Part shown: piece by piece, positions 50,571-63,424 of the stretch
Position numbering within the stretch: position 1 is the first letter of the stretch
Layout: each line of letters starts with the position of its first letter
Assembly: GCF_006345805.1 (NCBI RefSeq)
Contig: NC_042998.1
Coordinates: 98,828,001-98,892,000 of the forward strand
Origin: Octopus sinensis
Taxonomy: Eukaryota
Reading direction: 5' to 3'
DNA: 64,000 bases
The notes under the pieces: generated by a model
Told to the model about the DNA's origin: nothing
The model's input: the letters and a program-made list of their open reading frames with translations, nothing else
The model's database searches: none
Position numbers and translations under genes: made by a program

Positions 50571-50995
50571 GTGTAGCCATTTGATTCTTGTAACAGAAAC
50601 AATAATGGTTTTTATGCCAAAATAAATGATACGGTTTGACTTGAGAATTACTATACTGATATAATTTCTTTGACAAAAGTATATTTAGTTTAAGGGCAGT
50701 CAACTGAATATTTCAGATCACCTAAACGTTTATATTGCTACATATTTTGAAAATATATAAAGTTAATAAGTCAGTACTTCAATTCTGGTTTATTTAATAT
50801 TAAGAAAGAAAGGAGAAATCCACTTTTGCTAAGTCACCTGCATTGATCTCTCAACAGAGCAGTCACTGTTCTGTGCCTCAGTGCATTCATCTGAACAATA
50901 ATTATCAAATTGTGATTAGTGAGCTACTTATAAAGCATTTTGGATAATATGGTCCTAGATATGTTAAATCTGAAAAATATTTTTAAAATGCTCAC

Positions 50996-51107
50996 TTTAT
51001 GCTTGGCCATGGGTCCTCCAAACCTAATGGTATTGTAATGGTGCTGTCATAACATACAGCATGTCCTGCGCATTTTAAAATGTGGTAGACCTCATCCTTC
51101 TTCAGGT
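50996..51107 (-). CDS. Possible coding exon (LKKDEVYHILKCAGHAVCYDSTITIPLGLEDPWPSI)
   Basis: 36 codons open in one frame, AA|GTGAGC donor; acceptor pyrimidine tract weak; link to other exons unresolved. Confidence 0.35.
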
Positions 51108-51452
51108 CTAACTACAACTGATTTCAACCAAGAGAGAGGGGGAGAGGGGAGGAGAAAGAAAAAGAGAAAAAAGGAGAGAGAAAGAGAGGGAGAGAGAGAG
51201 AGAGAGAGAGAGAATCAACCCTGGTACATTATTTATAAACACCAAAAAGATGAAAGGCAAAGTTCACCTAGGTAGATTCGATCTTAGAGTGCAGGAAGCT
51301 GGAATGAAAATGGTTTGACCTTCTCAGTCCTTTTAAAAAGAGAGTCTGATACAGCTAGTACATTTCAAATTATAGATGTGCTTGATTGGAGTCAAACAGG
51401 GGCTAAACACCAACAATAGTAACTTCAGTTACTGCTGCTGCTGCTGCTGCTT

Positions 51453-51517
<65 letters not shown>

Positions 51518-52204
51518 GTGTATGCTTCATCTACATAATCACCAAGATTTGCTTTTGATCCGATGTCTTAATATTTATTCTTATACTGATTTTAGTCCTT
51601 TGAATGTACCAAGCTGGAGCAATACCTTCAAGATCAGTGGAGGATTTTTCTTTAATATCAACACAATTATTCTTGTAGATTAATAGATTAATAACTTAAT
51701 TTATATCAACTTAATCGCAAAAGGAAGAAAGGTAATATTATTCAGGGTGGGTCTAGATTTGACTGAGAATATAAAAGCGCATAAAAAAAACATCACAAGG
51801 TACTTTAGCTTGATGCTTTACCGAACCTACCTTTTATTGTCTTATTAAACATTACAACCAATTTTTTTTTCGTTTTTTGTAATTGCTATTGTTATAAATG
51901 TTGCTTGTCTTTGTTGCAGTTGTTATTGTGGTTGCTGTTTTCTAACACTTTTTCCTTTCTACAGCCAATAATGTGCACATTTTTTTTATCTTTTAAATTT
52001 TTACCATGTTCTGACATGACAATCTACTAGTTACATTGTTTTATTATGGCAGGTGTTAATTCTATGTTGTTCGTTTATTTCACTCACAGACATCAAAGAA
52101 AATGGGAAAAGAAAAAGCAGAAAAAAAAAGGGTTACAAAACATTAGTTTTTATGAATTAAAAAAATAATAAAAATATTAAAAAAAACAGGGAGAGAATAC
52201 ATAC

Positions 52205-52273
52205 ATATTCAGAGTAGAAAACTTCATGATTGCTGCATTATTTGGTAACATATGTATGGACTCAATCATTTTC
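52205..52273 (-). CDS. Possible exon (KMIESIHMLPNNAAIMKFSTLN)
   Basis: TTTGCAG| and AT|GTATGT, phase 2-2; purine-rich acceptor region argues against it. Confidence 0.2.
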
Positions 52274-52351
52274 CTGCAAATTCCTTGATTTTCAATGTTT
52301 TTTCTTGCTTAACTATATATTATTTCCTCTGCTGTTTCACTATTTATCATC

Positions 52352-52435
<84 letters not shown>

Positions 52436-52459
52436 TGTGTGTTTGTGTGTATGTACCAC

Positions 52460-53815
52460 TAATCCCTTCAGGTAGATGGCACTGCTCAATCTGTAGAAAG
52501 GCATAGGTAGAAGCTCCATAAGATGTACCTGGTGTAAGCTATGGACCCATAACAGGTGCAGCAATATCAAAGGAAGGCTAACTGCAAAAAACACTGAAAA
52601 TGTGCAGAAAACAGCTTCCGTCACATTCCAGGGAGAAAAACTACAAATAGCTGATAGCTTGCATTACCTAGACGACCAAGTCAGTTGTAGGAGTGGATGC
52701 TCTGAGAGTGTAGCTGCTAGAATAAGAATAGCTTGAGCAAAGTTCAGAGAGATCCTACCTCATCTGGTGACAAAGGGTCTCTCGCTCAGAGTAAAAGGTA
52801 GACTGTATGACACGTGTGTGAACAGCCATGCTATATAGCAGTGGCACAAGGACCATGACTGCTGAGGAATGAAGCCAGTATGCTCTGCTGGATGTGTAAT
52901 ATCAGTGTGCATACTCGACAGTGTAAGTGCCTGAGAGAAAAGTTGGACATAAGAAGCATCAGATGTGGTGTCCAAGAGAGATGACTGTGCTGGTATGGTC
53001 ATGTGTTGTGTATGGATGAGGACAGCTATGTGAAAAAGTGTCACATCCTAGCAGTAGAGGGAACCCCTGGAAGAGGCAAACCTAGGAAGTCCTGGGATGA
53101 TGGGGTGAAGCATGACCTTCGAATGTTGAGTCTCACCAAGGCCAATAACAAGTGACCGAGACCTTTGGAGATATGCTGTGCTTGAGAAGACCTGGCAAAC
53201 CAAGTGAGACCGTAACTGTGGCCAATGCCAGTGCAGCATAACCAGCCCATTTAAGAGTACCCTTCAATTATTGGGAAATAAACTACACTTGCGAGGACCT
53301 GTTGAGACAAGTGAAATCAGTATCATGGCCAATGACAGTACCGCCTTATTGGCACCTGTGCTGGTGGTATGTAAAAAAGCACTATTCAAGTGTGATTGTT
53401 GCCAGTGCCACCTGACTGGTTCCCATGCCGGTGGCATGTAAAAAGCACCATTCAAGCGTGGTTGATGCCAGTACCACCTGACTGGTCCTGTGCCGCTGGC
53501 ATGTAAAAAGTACCATTCAAACATGCTCATTGCCAGTGTCACCTAACTGGCTCCCATGCCGGTTGTATGTAAAAAGCACCATTCAAGCATGGTCGATGTT
53601 AGTATCACTTGACTGGCCCTCATGCCAGTGGTATGTAAAAAGCACCCACTACACTCTTGGAGTGGTTAGTATTAGGAAGGGTATCCAGCTGTAGAAACTT
53701 TGCCAGATCAGATTGCAGCCTGGTGCAGCCTTCTGGCTTGCCAGCCCTCAGTCAAACTGTCCAACCCATGCCAGCATGGAAAGGGAGCATTAAACGATGA
53801 TGAATGATGAATGAT
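52460..53815 (+). mobile_element. RTE LINE 3' part with finger region and UTR repeats
   Basis: GRWHCSICRK..RCT.CKLWTH; family terminus at ~53790. Confidence 0.9.
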
Positions 53816-54544
53816 GATAGTCATATTGAATATCAAAACTGAACAAACAATTGAACATCAAAAATAGCAATAACAAAACAACAAGAGGACATACACATGG
53901 AATGTATTAGTTTAACGCCCAAGAAAGGTGGAAACAAGTGTAGGTTTTTAATGTTTCGAGCATAGCTCTTCATCGGAAAGGAAAATGGAAAAGTTCAGAG
54001 AAGGAAAATTTCCACAAGCAGCACATGTGATTATATACATTTTGATGGCTGTCCACTCACAACTGATGATGACCATCACTGACCATTGCCCATGAAAATT
54101 ACCAGCAACGCTTGTACATGAGGTTACTGCACGAGAAGTTGACTTCACCTGGTTTGTGTTCATGGATTCTATACTTGCAGAAGCGCCCTCATTGGTTAGT
54201 TGCCTCACCTGAAATTGCACAACCTAAAATTTAAGGTTCAATAAGTTTCGCACAGAACCTCACAGACCCTCTTCACCCTAGTGACATGATCCAGCACCAA
54301 TATGGGTCGCAGGTTCAGAAATGTATGAGTGCCATGATATCACGTGCATGCTAACGATTCCCAAAATGTTCAATGCCATTCTCCACATATCTAGTTTTAT
54401 ATCAGAGTGACCTTCTATAGACATGCTTTAACAAAAGCTTCTAATGGTCTTCCAGCATGCCAGACACTACCCTGGAATTTCTGAGGGCCTGTGCTACTGC
54501 TAGATAGTTGTTAAACCATCCTTTTTGTTACACCCTCCACATAG

Positions 54545-54624
<80 letters not shown>

Positions 54625-54644
54625 TAGATTTAACCATTAAAAAT

Positions 54645-55497
54645 AATGGAAATCTACTATAAAGTGCAACTGGAAGTTTGAAAACACTATCAAGGTGCAG
54701 AGACAGTTTAGAAGGGAGTTTCAAGCATATCCACCAGCATGACTTGCTATAATTAGAGATAAATTTGAAGCAGATGGAACTGTTCAAAATGTCCACAAGA
54801 AACATTCTGGTAGACTGCAGACATCAATGAACCACACTAAGCAAGAAAAGACGCTAGAAACATACTATCAGAACTCGAGTAAATCTGTACAGTAAGCAAG
54901 TTTTAAGATAGGAATTTCATAATCAAGTATCCATTAAATTCAATTGTGCTGTCAGACAAAAACTTACATTCCAGGAATAATTCATGCTCTCAATGAAAAT
55001 GATTCAGACCAAAAAGTAAAGTTTTGCTTGAGGTACTAGATAAGATGTGTAGAAGATACACAAAGATTATTTGGGATGATGAGGCTACATTTAAATAAAA
55101 GGTTCATTTAATCCAAAATTGCATCTACTGGAAACCTGAGAATCCACATATGGAGGAACATCATGTTAATTTATCAGGAGTACAGTGCAGCATGGCTTAT
55201 CACCAAAATGATTAACTGGACCATTCTATTTGATGGTAGTGGAACTGGTCCTTGGTGAGGTGTTGCCAAACAGGTACATTGAATGAAGACATTCAGTAGA
55301 ATACCTTCTCTTTTCATCAGACCTCACACTACTTTTGTAAGGGGGTATGTAAAATATAAAGTTTATGATGCAAAACTAGCACAGGTTAATGAATTGAGGG
55401 CAGCTATTGAATAAGAATGTGCTCAAACAGAGAACAAAATGTTTCTTGATGTTTACAGTTCTAAGACTTTCTCATTCTCAGTAGTGTTGGGACCAGA

Positions 55498-55554
<57 letters not shown>

Positions 55555-55720
55555 GTTTAACTTCCGTTTTCCGTGCTAGCATAGGTTGGATGCTGTTTAA
55601 AAACAGGCATTCATAAAAAAATTAAATTCTGTCTGTAGATTCTATCAAATATTTAATAAACACTGACTTTTTATTCATTCAATGTGTGTACTCATTTTTC
55701 AGAGACACTTTGTCAGAGAA
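54645..55720 (+). mobile_element. Tc1/mariner-superfamily transposase remnant with DUF4817-like N-terminus
   Basis: WKFENTIKVQRQFRREF..IIRDKFEADGTVQNVHK.HSGR; WDDEATF; NCIYW; SDLT..GYVK; many stops and frameshifts. Confidence 0.8.
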
Positions 55721-55759
55721 ATATTTAGGGAGATGTCTTGATTCCTCACTTTTTTTACA

Positions 55760-56260
55760 GGGCTTATGAGTCAATGCCACTGACTACATAGAAGTGTTGG
55801 AGAAAGTTGTGATGCCCTGGGTAGACATAGTATGTAACAGAAGATTGTATGTCTTCTGACAAGAGGACAATCCAAGTATGGATGTGTGCCAGTCTCATGT
55901 TCTCCTAGACACATGGCTTCCTAGCTCATCAGACCTCAGTTTACTTGACTCTTACATATGGAGGTGTAGTTGAGAGAGAGATCAATCAACACTCTCATAA
56001 CACCAAACAATCTCTCAAGTCTACCATAACCAGCACTATGTCCAAAATTGATATAGATCATTCGATCCGGACATGCCAACTCTTCTATATTGAAGCAGCC
56101 ATTGATGCTAACAGTGAATTCATTGAATAGGTGGGATAAAAGGATTCTCTAGATTATTTGTGCCAATTTGTTTTCTAATACAGCTTCTCTTTGATGTGCT
56201 ACATGTCTTTTTCTAAATTCATACAAATGACCTCAAAAAAACTGACACATCCTGTATATC
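55760..56260 (+). mobile_element. Tc1/mariner transposase 3' fragment
   Basis: VNATDYIEVLEKVVMPW..WLPSSSDLSLLDSYIW..EAAIDANSEFIE*; CATCCTGTA end. Confidence 0.8.
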
Positions 56261-56702
56261 AATTAGCTATCAGCAACAGAAGCAGTAATTGTAATAGATA
56301 ATAATTAACACATCCAACATAACTGGATGTGTCAACTAGATCACCTTTAATGCCTAGAGATACAACCTCATGTTGACAACGCATGCTCTTAAGCACTAAC
56401 TATATCAGCTGATGAAATCAACGTCTGTAGTGGTGGATAGCACAACTGTATCACATGAATTCACTGTTTACTGTGGATCTTCAGTGGCAGATCAGCTTTG
56501 CACTGAATGCCAGAATGAAAATCAGTCAAACTGATATAGTATAATAATGACATTGCCAGTGACATTGCAAAAAGCTGGGAAGCTATTGATAAATTAGTTA
56601 TTAGTGACAGCAGCAGTATTTATAATAAATAATAATTAGCACATCTAACATAACTGGATTGGATGTGTTGACTTGATCACCCTTAAACTGTTATTAATGC
56701 GC

Positions 56703-56785
<83 letters not shown>

Positions 56786-56809
56786 GAAATATATATATAT
56801 ATATATGAG

Positions 56810-57375
56810 GAAATGACTAGAGACCGAGTCCTCTGGAAGTGTGCTGTGCGCGAGAAGACCCGGCAGGACGAGTGAGTCCATAACCCGTGGCCTTCTACAT
56901 GGGATGGAGCCAGCCTACGTATGCATACCTTCCCTTCTTGGGACACAAAACTCTACTTGTGAAGACCTGTTGAGGCAAGTGAGGATCAGAATCGAAATCG
57001 AACAATGGAAATTGCAGATGTGTTACCAGTGCAGGTGGCATGTAAGAGAACCTTCCGTTTTGCGACCGTTGCCAGCACCGCCCCATTTTGTGTCCATTGC
57101 CAGCCTCGCCTGGCCCTCGTGCCGGTGGCACATAAAAAGCACCATCCGTTCGTGGCCGTTTGCCAGCTCTGTCTGGCACCTGTACGGGTGGCACGTAAAA
57201 AGCACCCACTACACTCTCGGAGTGGTTGGCGTTAGGAAGGGCATCCAGCCGTAAAAACACTGCCAGATTTGACTGGGCCTGATGAAGCCTTCTGGCTTCA
57301 CAGACCCCAGTAGAACCGTCCAACCCATGCTAGCATGGAAAACGGACGCTAAACGATGATGATGATGATGATGAT
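56810..57375 (+). mobile_element. RTE LINE 3' end
   Basis: GACCGAGTCCTCTGGAAGTGTGCTG; UTR repeats; (GAT)n tail. Confidence 0.9.
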
Positions 57376-57384
57376 GTATATATA

Positions 57385-59410
57385 TACATGCTGATGACCT
57401 TGCTCTAATTGCTGAGTCATTATCAGAACTGGAGAAGAAGTTTCAGGTGTGGAAGCATGGTTTAGAATCGAAGGGCCTTAGAGTCAACCTAGCTAAAACC
57501 AAAGTCGTAATAAGTAGGAAGGTAGACAAATCTCAAACGCCTTCAGGTAGATGGCCCTGCTCGATCTGTAGAAAAGGTGTAGGTAGAAACTCTTTAAGAT
57601 GCACCAAGTGTAAGCTATGGACACATAAGAGGTGCAGCAATGTCATAGGAAGGCTAACTAGGAAGATGGTTTTTGTATGTGGCAGATGCTCGGGAGCATT
57701 AACCTCTGAAAATCTGCAGAAAACAACTTCCGTCACTTTCCAGGGGGAAAAACTACAAGTAGTGGATAGCTTCCGTTATCTTGGTGACCAAGTCAGTAGC
57801 GGGGGGTGGGTGTGCTGAAAGTGTAACGGCTAGAGTAAGAATAGCCTGGGCAAAGTTTAGGGAGCTCTTACCTCTGTTGGAGACTAAAGGCCTCTCGCTC
57901 AGAGTAAAAGGCAGACTGTATGATGCATGTGTATGAACAGCCATGCTACATGGCAGTGAAACATGGGCCATGACTGCTGAGGACATGCGTAAGCTCGCGA
58001 GAAATGAAGCTAGTATGCTCCGTTGGATGTGTTATGTCAGTGTTCATAGTCGACAGAGGGTAAGTACCTTGAGAGAAAAGTTGGACCTAAGAGGCATCAG
58101 ATGTTGTGTGCAAGAGAGACGATTGCGCTGGTATGGTCATGTGGTGAGAATGGATGAAGATAGGTGTGTGAAAAAGTGCCACACCCTGGCAGTTGAGGGG
58201 ACCTGTGGAAGAGGTAGACCCAGGAAAACCTGGGTCGAGGTGGTGAAGCACGACCTTCGAACTCTAGGTCTCACCAAGGAAATGACCAGAGACCGAGACC
58301 TATGGAAGTATGCTGTGCGTGAGAAGACCCGGCAAGACCAGTGAGAACAATCAAAATCAAATCATATATCAGAAAGCAGGGGTTAAGTGACCCATCCATT
58401 CATGTCCGCTGTCAGCCTCGTCTGGCACCCGTGCCGGTGTAAAAGCACCATTCGCTCGTGGCCGTTTACCAGCTCTGCCTGGCCCTCGTGTCGGTGGCAC
58501 GTAAAAGCACCATCCATTCGTGTTCGTTACCAGCCTCGCCTGGCCCCGTGCCGGTGACACGTAAAAGCACCGTCCGTTCGTGGCCGTTTGCCAGCTCTGT
58601 CTGGCCCCGTGTCGATGGCACGTAAAAGCACCATCCGTTCGTGTCCGTTGCCAGCCCCGGCTGGCCCCCGTACTGGTGACACGTAAAAGCACCGTCTGTT
58701 CGTGGCCGTTTGCCAGCTCTGTCTGGCCCCGTGCCGGTGACACATAAAAGCACTACCCGTTCGTGTCCGTTGCCAGCCTCGGCTGGTCCCCGTGCTGGTG
58801 ACACGTAAAAGCTCTGTCCGTTCGTGGCCGTTTGCCAGCTCTGTCTGGCAACCGTGTCGGTGGCACGTAAAAGCGCCATCTGTTCGCGTCCATTGCCAGC
58901 CTCGGCTGGCCCCCGTGCCAGTGACACGTAAAAGCACCGTCCGTTCGTGGCCGTTTGCCAGCTCTGTCTGGCCCCGTGTCGGTGGCACATAAAAGCACCA
59001 TCCGTTCGTGTCCGTTGCCAGCCTCGGCTGGCCCCCGTGCCAGTGACATGTAAAAGCACCGTCCGTTCGTGGCCGTTTGCCAGCTCTGTCTGGCCCCGTG
59101 TCGGTGGCACATAAAAGCACCATCCGTTGTGTCCGTTGCCAGCATCGCCTGGCCCCGTGCCGGTGACACGTAAAAGCACCATCCGTTCATGGCTGTTCGC
59201 CAGCTCTGTCTGGCACCTGTGCAGGTGGCACGTAAAAAACACCCACTACACTCGCGGAGTGGTTGGCGTTAGGAAGGGCATCCAGCCGTAGAAACACTGC
59301 CAGATCTGACTGGGCCTGACGAAGCCTTCCAGCTTCACAGACCCCAGTTGACCCGTCCAACCCATGCTAGCATGGAGAGCGGACGCTAAATGATGATGAT
59401 GATGATGATA
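57385..59410 (+). mobile_element. RTE LINE, 5'-truncated at ADD, with expanded 3' UTR array
   Basis: ADDLALI..GRWPCSICRKGVGRNSLRCTKCKLWTHKRC..FVCGRC..YLGDQV; ORF 57943..58344; (GAT)n tail. Confidence 0.93.
58390..59235 (+). repeat. ~61-bp minisatellite, ~14 units alternating A/B
   Basis: TAAAAGCACC anchor every 60-61 bp; A = GTGTCCGTTGCCAGCCTCG, B = GTGGCCGTTTGCCAGCTCTG. Confidence 0.95.
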
Positions 59411-59508
59411 CATGCATATAATATATACCTGTATATATATACACATACATATGTATTCATACATACATACATACATATATATATATATATGCACATACAT
59501 ATGTATTC

Positions 59509-59575
<67 letters not shown>

Positions 59576-59669
59576 CATATATATGATGATGATGATGATA
59601 CATACACACACACACACACACATGCACATATATATTCATATACATACATATATTTTTAAACAAGAATGT

Positions 59670-60240
59670 TTTTACATTGACTTCAAAGTTTCGGCCAGCT
59701 AAGTCATCATCAGATTGTGATGCATTAGAGTTTTGTCTTGCCTTTATTTAGCTTTATATAGTGTCTGTTAGTTTAAAATCTACCTTGGGTTTCAATGGGG
59801 TGGTAATTAGGTTTTTATGATTGGTTTTAGAATTTATTCATGTATGCAGAATATGTAAACAAGTCTGTAGGTGTGTCTCTGTTGTTAGGTAGGCACAAGG
59901 TGTGACGGTATTTTTGTTGTGTTAGGTGTTATTGGATTTAATCCTTTTGTTTTAATAGGACAAAGGTCAAAAGTACATAGTCCAGTATTTAAGCTCCTAG
60001 TAATGTAGGTAGGTAGTAAATTTAAGTTGGACATTTCTTGTTTTTATTTGTAAGGTGGGAGTTGTTAGTCATGGCTCTGTTAATATAGAAAATTGCTTCT
60101 AATGCTTTGATGTTCACAAAAGTATTTGAGTAAAGGTCGTATGTCTTTTTGTTTCTCTCTAAGTGCTCATTGTTTTATAAGCAATTTGATTAGTATATAA
60201 GGAACTAATCTCTTCATGCAGGCACAAAGTCTTAAAAACA
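59670..60240 (-). mobile_element. Penelope-like element 3' end/pLTR (tentative)
   Basis: CTGATGA...CGAAAC hammerhead-like core; CLHEEI peptide remnant. Confidence 0.5.
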
Positions 60241-61359
60241 CTAAAACACTTTAAACCAATAATATTTTCTAAGGGCTAAACTTGTTAATATCTCACCAAC
60301 GTCACTCCATCTACCTACACCATAAACCATCCTCATAATATAAAATTAAAAAAAGAACAGTTACAGCTTTACACTTTTATAGCTATACATTAAACAAGTA
60401 TTCTAAAAATTATAAAGGGAAATACTTCATGCTCCAATCCAAGCTTTTCTTTTCCTTCTTAAAATATACTGTTTTTCACATAAGCCAATGAGGGAGTTTC
60501 TACATGTTGCTCGGTCTGTTAAAAACAGCTCTTTATCTCTCTCAAACCACACCCCAGTGTCTTATATAAAAACAAGATATGCTTGAATAATGCATTCCTA
60601 AAAATGGTCATAGCTTAAATTCCTTTGACTATAGGTCAGCCCAACTAGGATGGACATTGGTCTAAACCACAATAACAATAACAATCGCTATTTTTCACTG
60701 GTACATTAGCATGGATACTAAAATATTTAGGTGAAGTACAAAATTAAACATTATGTTGTTATTTCTGACTCATACAAAGAAAGTATAGGGATATTAGTAG
60801 GAAAAAAACTGTTTTATTGAACAATCAAAGCCAATGCTACAAATACCAAATTACCAAAATATATGTATCTACATAATGCTGGATATTACTAAGTATTGGG
60901 TGGTTAACATAACCTGACATCCAGTTTAACACTACTTGCTTGTTGGGCGCTTTTAGTTGAATCTCCTCTGTTGCCAGGTCAGGTCTTCAGTCTAAGAATA
61001 ACTTCCTTACTTCTTCTAACAAATCTTGGAGGTCCTGAATATAGTCATTATGGACATTGCCTTTCCTCAGCCTTGGTCAGTTAATTTTGACCATATATAT
61101 GTTTATTCATGTGCAGATCTGGGCAAGATTTTTTCAAGAAGACTAGAAGTTTCTCATGCAGGCAAGTCTAACCTCTTTTTGATATTGATATTTATTCAAG
61201 GGAAAGGCTGCTAATTTGGGGTGGAACTGCTTGGTACCAGGTTTGTTGCAGGCATTGTTGTCAAAACATAAAGACCCAGAACAGATATTGCAAGGCATCT
61301 CACCTTACCCTCTGCCAATCCATTTCTCTGGAGTGGTACATTTTATTGAGAAGTCATTT

Positions 61360-61665
61360 GGTATAGTGGTTAGGGTGTTTGGCTCATGATCATAAGGTTG
61401 TGAGTTCAATTTCTGGTAGTGCATTGTGTCCTTGAGTATAACACCTTATTTCATGCTGCTCCAGTTCACTCAATTGGCAAAAACAAGTAAAAGTGTGTTT
61501 CAAAGGGTTGGCTTTATCACATCCTGTGTCATGCTGAATCACACTGAAAATTACATGTCAGTGGAGTGTCCAGCCATTTGCACATTAATTTCATGAGCAA
61601 GCTGTTCCATTGGATCAATTGGAGAACCCTTGCCATTATAACCAATGGTGTACCAGTTACCCTAA
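61360..61665 (+). mobile_element. tRNA-headed SINE family D (decayed)
   Basis: AGTGGTTAGGG..GGCTCATGATCATAAGGTTGTGAGTTCAAT, homologous to rc 1872-2180. Confidence 0.8.
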
Positions 61666-62022
61666 ATGAATCAAAAGCATAGTAGATCTTAATGGGATCT
61701 GAATTCAGAGTGCAGATAGTCCAAACAAACACTGCAAGACATTCTATCCAAGGCTCTAATGAAAGCAGATTGAGGTTGTAACATTCATACTTTCTTCTTT
61801 CCTTCTCAACATATTAGTAACATAAATGAAGTGAAAATGGATGAAAATAAGCACACATACACATATAAAACAAGTTTCATACTTGATTTACAAGGGGCTT
61901 CATGCAATAATAATAATATATAGCAGTCTATTTCTCTTTTGTTGTAATAACATAAGACCTTGAACTGACATGAATGAAGGGGAGGAGGTAACTTGTCAAT
62001 TTCCATAGTTGCGTTCACTTAC

Positions 62023-62093
62023 ATTATAAGACAAGAGACACAATAGCTACAACTACCCCACCACTCCTTTAAATTATCTTGACAGTACATATT
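62023..62093 (-). CDS. Possible exon (NMYCQDNLKEWWGSCSYCVSCLI)
   Basis: TCTATCCAG| acceptor, AT|GTAAGT donor, one open frame. Confidence 0.35.
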
Positions 62094-62227
62094 CTGGATA
62101 GACATGGTTGCATGGTTTTGAAGTTATGTCCATAAATTATATGATTTTGTAAATACACACTCACACACACACACACGAATACATATGCATACACACACAC
62201 ACACATAATATATATATATATATATAT

Positions 62228-62628
62228 ATGATCCGGCCACGATCGGATGGTGTTTGTTACGTGCCCACAGCACGGAGGCCAGTCGAGCCAGTACCGCATC
62301 GACTGGCCTCCGTGCTGTGGGCACGTAACAAACACCATCCGATCGTGGCCGTTCGCCAGCCTCATCTGGCACTTGTGTCGGTGGCACATAAAAACACCAT
62401 CCGAGCGTGGCCGTCTGCCAGCCTCGTCTGGCACCTGTGTCGGTGGCACATAAAATCACCCACTACACTCTCGGAGTGGTTGGCGTTAGGAAGGGCATCC
62501 AGCTGTAGAAACACTGCCAAATCTGACTGGCCTGGTGCAGCCTTTGGGCTCCCCAGACTCCAGTTGAACCGTCCAACCCATGCTAGCATGGAAAGCGGAC
62601 GTTAAATGAGGATGATGATGATGATGAT
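62228..62628 (+). mobile_element. RTE 3' UTR fragment (~4 repeat units plus terminus)
   Basis: Same unit and terminus as 58.4-59.4 kb. Confidence 0.9.
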
Positions 62629-62654
62629 ATATATACGCACACATATAGTGAAGG

Positions 62655-62965
62655 CCCATGGCTAAGTGGTCAGAGCATTCGGCTCATAATCATAAGGTAG
62701 TGAGTTCAATTCCTGGCAGTGTGTTGTGTTCTTGAGCATGACACTTTATTTCACATTGCTCTCCACTCAGCTGGCAAAAATGAGTAGTAACTGTGTTTCA
62801 AAAGCCCAGCCTTGTCACACTCTGTGTCATGCTGAATCTCCCCAAGACCTACATTAAGGGTACTCATGTCTCTCAAGCGCTCAGCCACTTGCATGTTAAT
62901 TTCACGAGCAAGCTGTTTCATTGATCAGCTGGGACCCTCGTCGTTGTAACTGACAGAGTGCTCCT
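62655..62965 (+). mobile_element. tRNA-headed SINE family D
   Basis: TGGCTAAGTGG..GAGTTCAATTCC..CTTGAGCATGACACTTT. Confidence 0.82.
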
Positions 62966-63366
62966 CTATATATAAATATAAAACATGCTAAACATTATGA
63001 TCATTGCATATTTTTTATTTATTTGAGCAAATTTGGCTTACAACAGTTTCTAGTGGTCACTATAAGTACAACACTGATATGTTTACTCAATTAGTCTATT
63101 GATCAATTGAGAAAAATTAAACAACTTAATAAAATTAATGCTACTTTTGTCAGAGCCATTTCTGGTTATAACAAAACAGAACATTGAAGGAATGGTGAGT
63201 GTATGGGGGAAGGAGGAAAAGGTGGAAAAATGCAAGTAAAATAGAGAAAAGAGGAAGACAGTTTACAAAGGGGTGAAGAGAAGTAAAGAAATGATAGAGG
63301 AAGGGCTCACTTAATAGAAGCAGGAGTATTGGATGGCCATGTATATATATATATATATATACACAC

Positions 63367-63424
<58 letters not shown>

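Noticed and set aside
50840-50970. Chain of 26-37-nt introns linking small exons
   Set aside because: Introns too short for canonical splicing and phases inconsistent with exon 50996-51107
56299-56686. ~55-bp direct repeat pair as LTRs or TSD, and an enclosed 41-codon plus-strand frame
   Set aside because: No TG...CA ends, imperfect and AT-rich; the short frame lacks supporting exons
58390-59235. CRISPR-like array
   Set aside because: No unique spacers, units alternate between two variants, no cas genes, and it lies within a eukaryotic LINE 3' UTR
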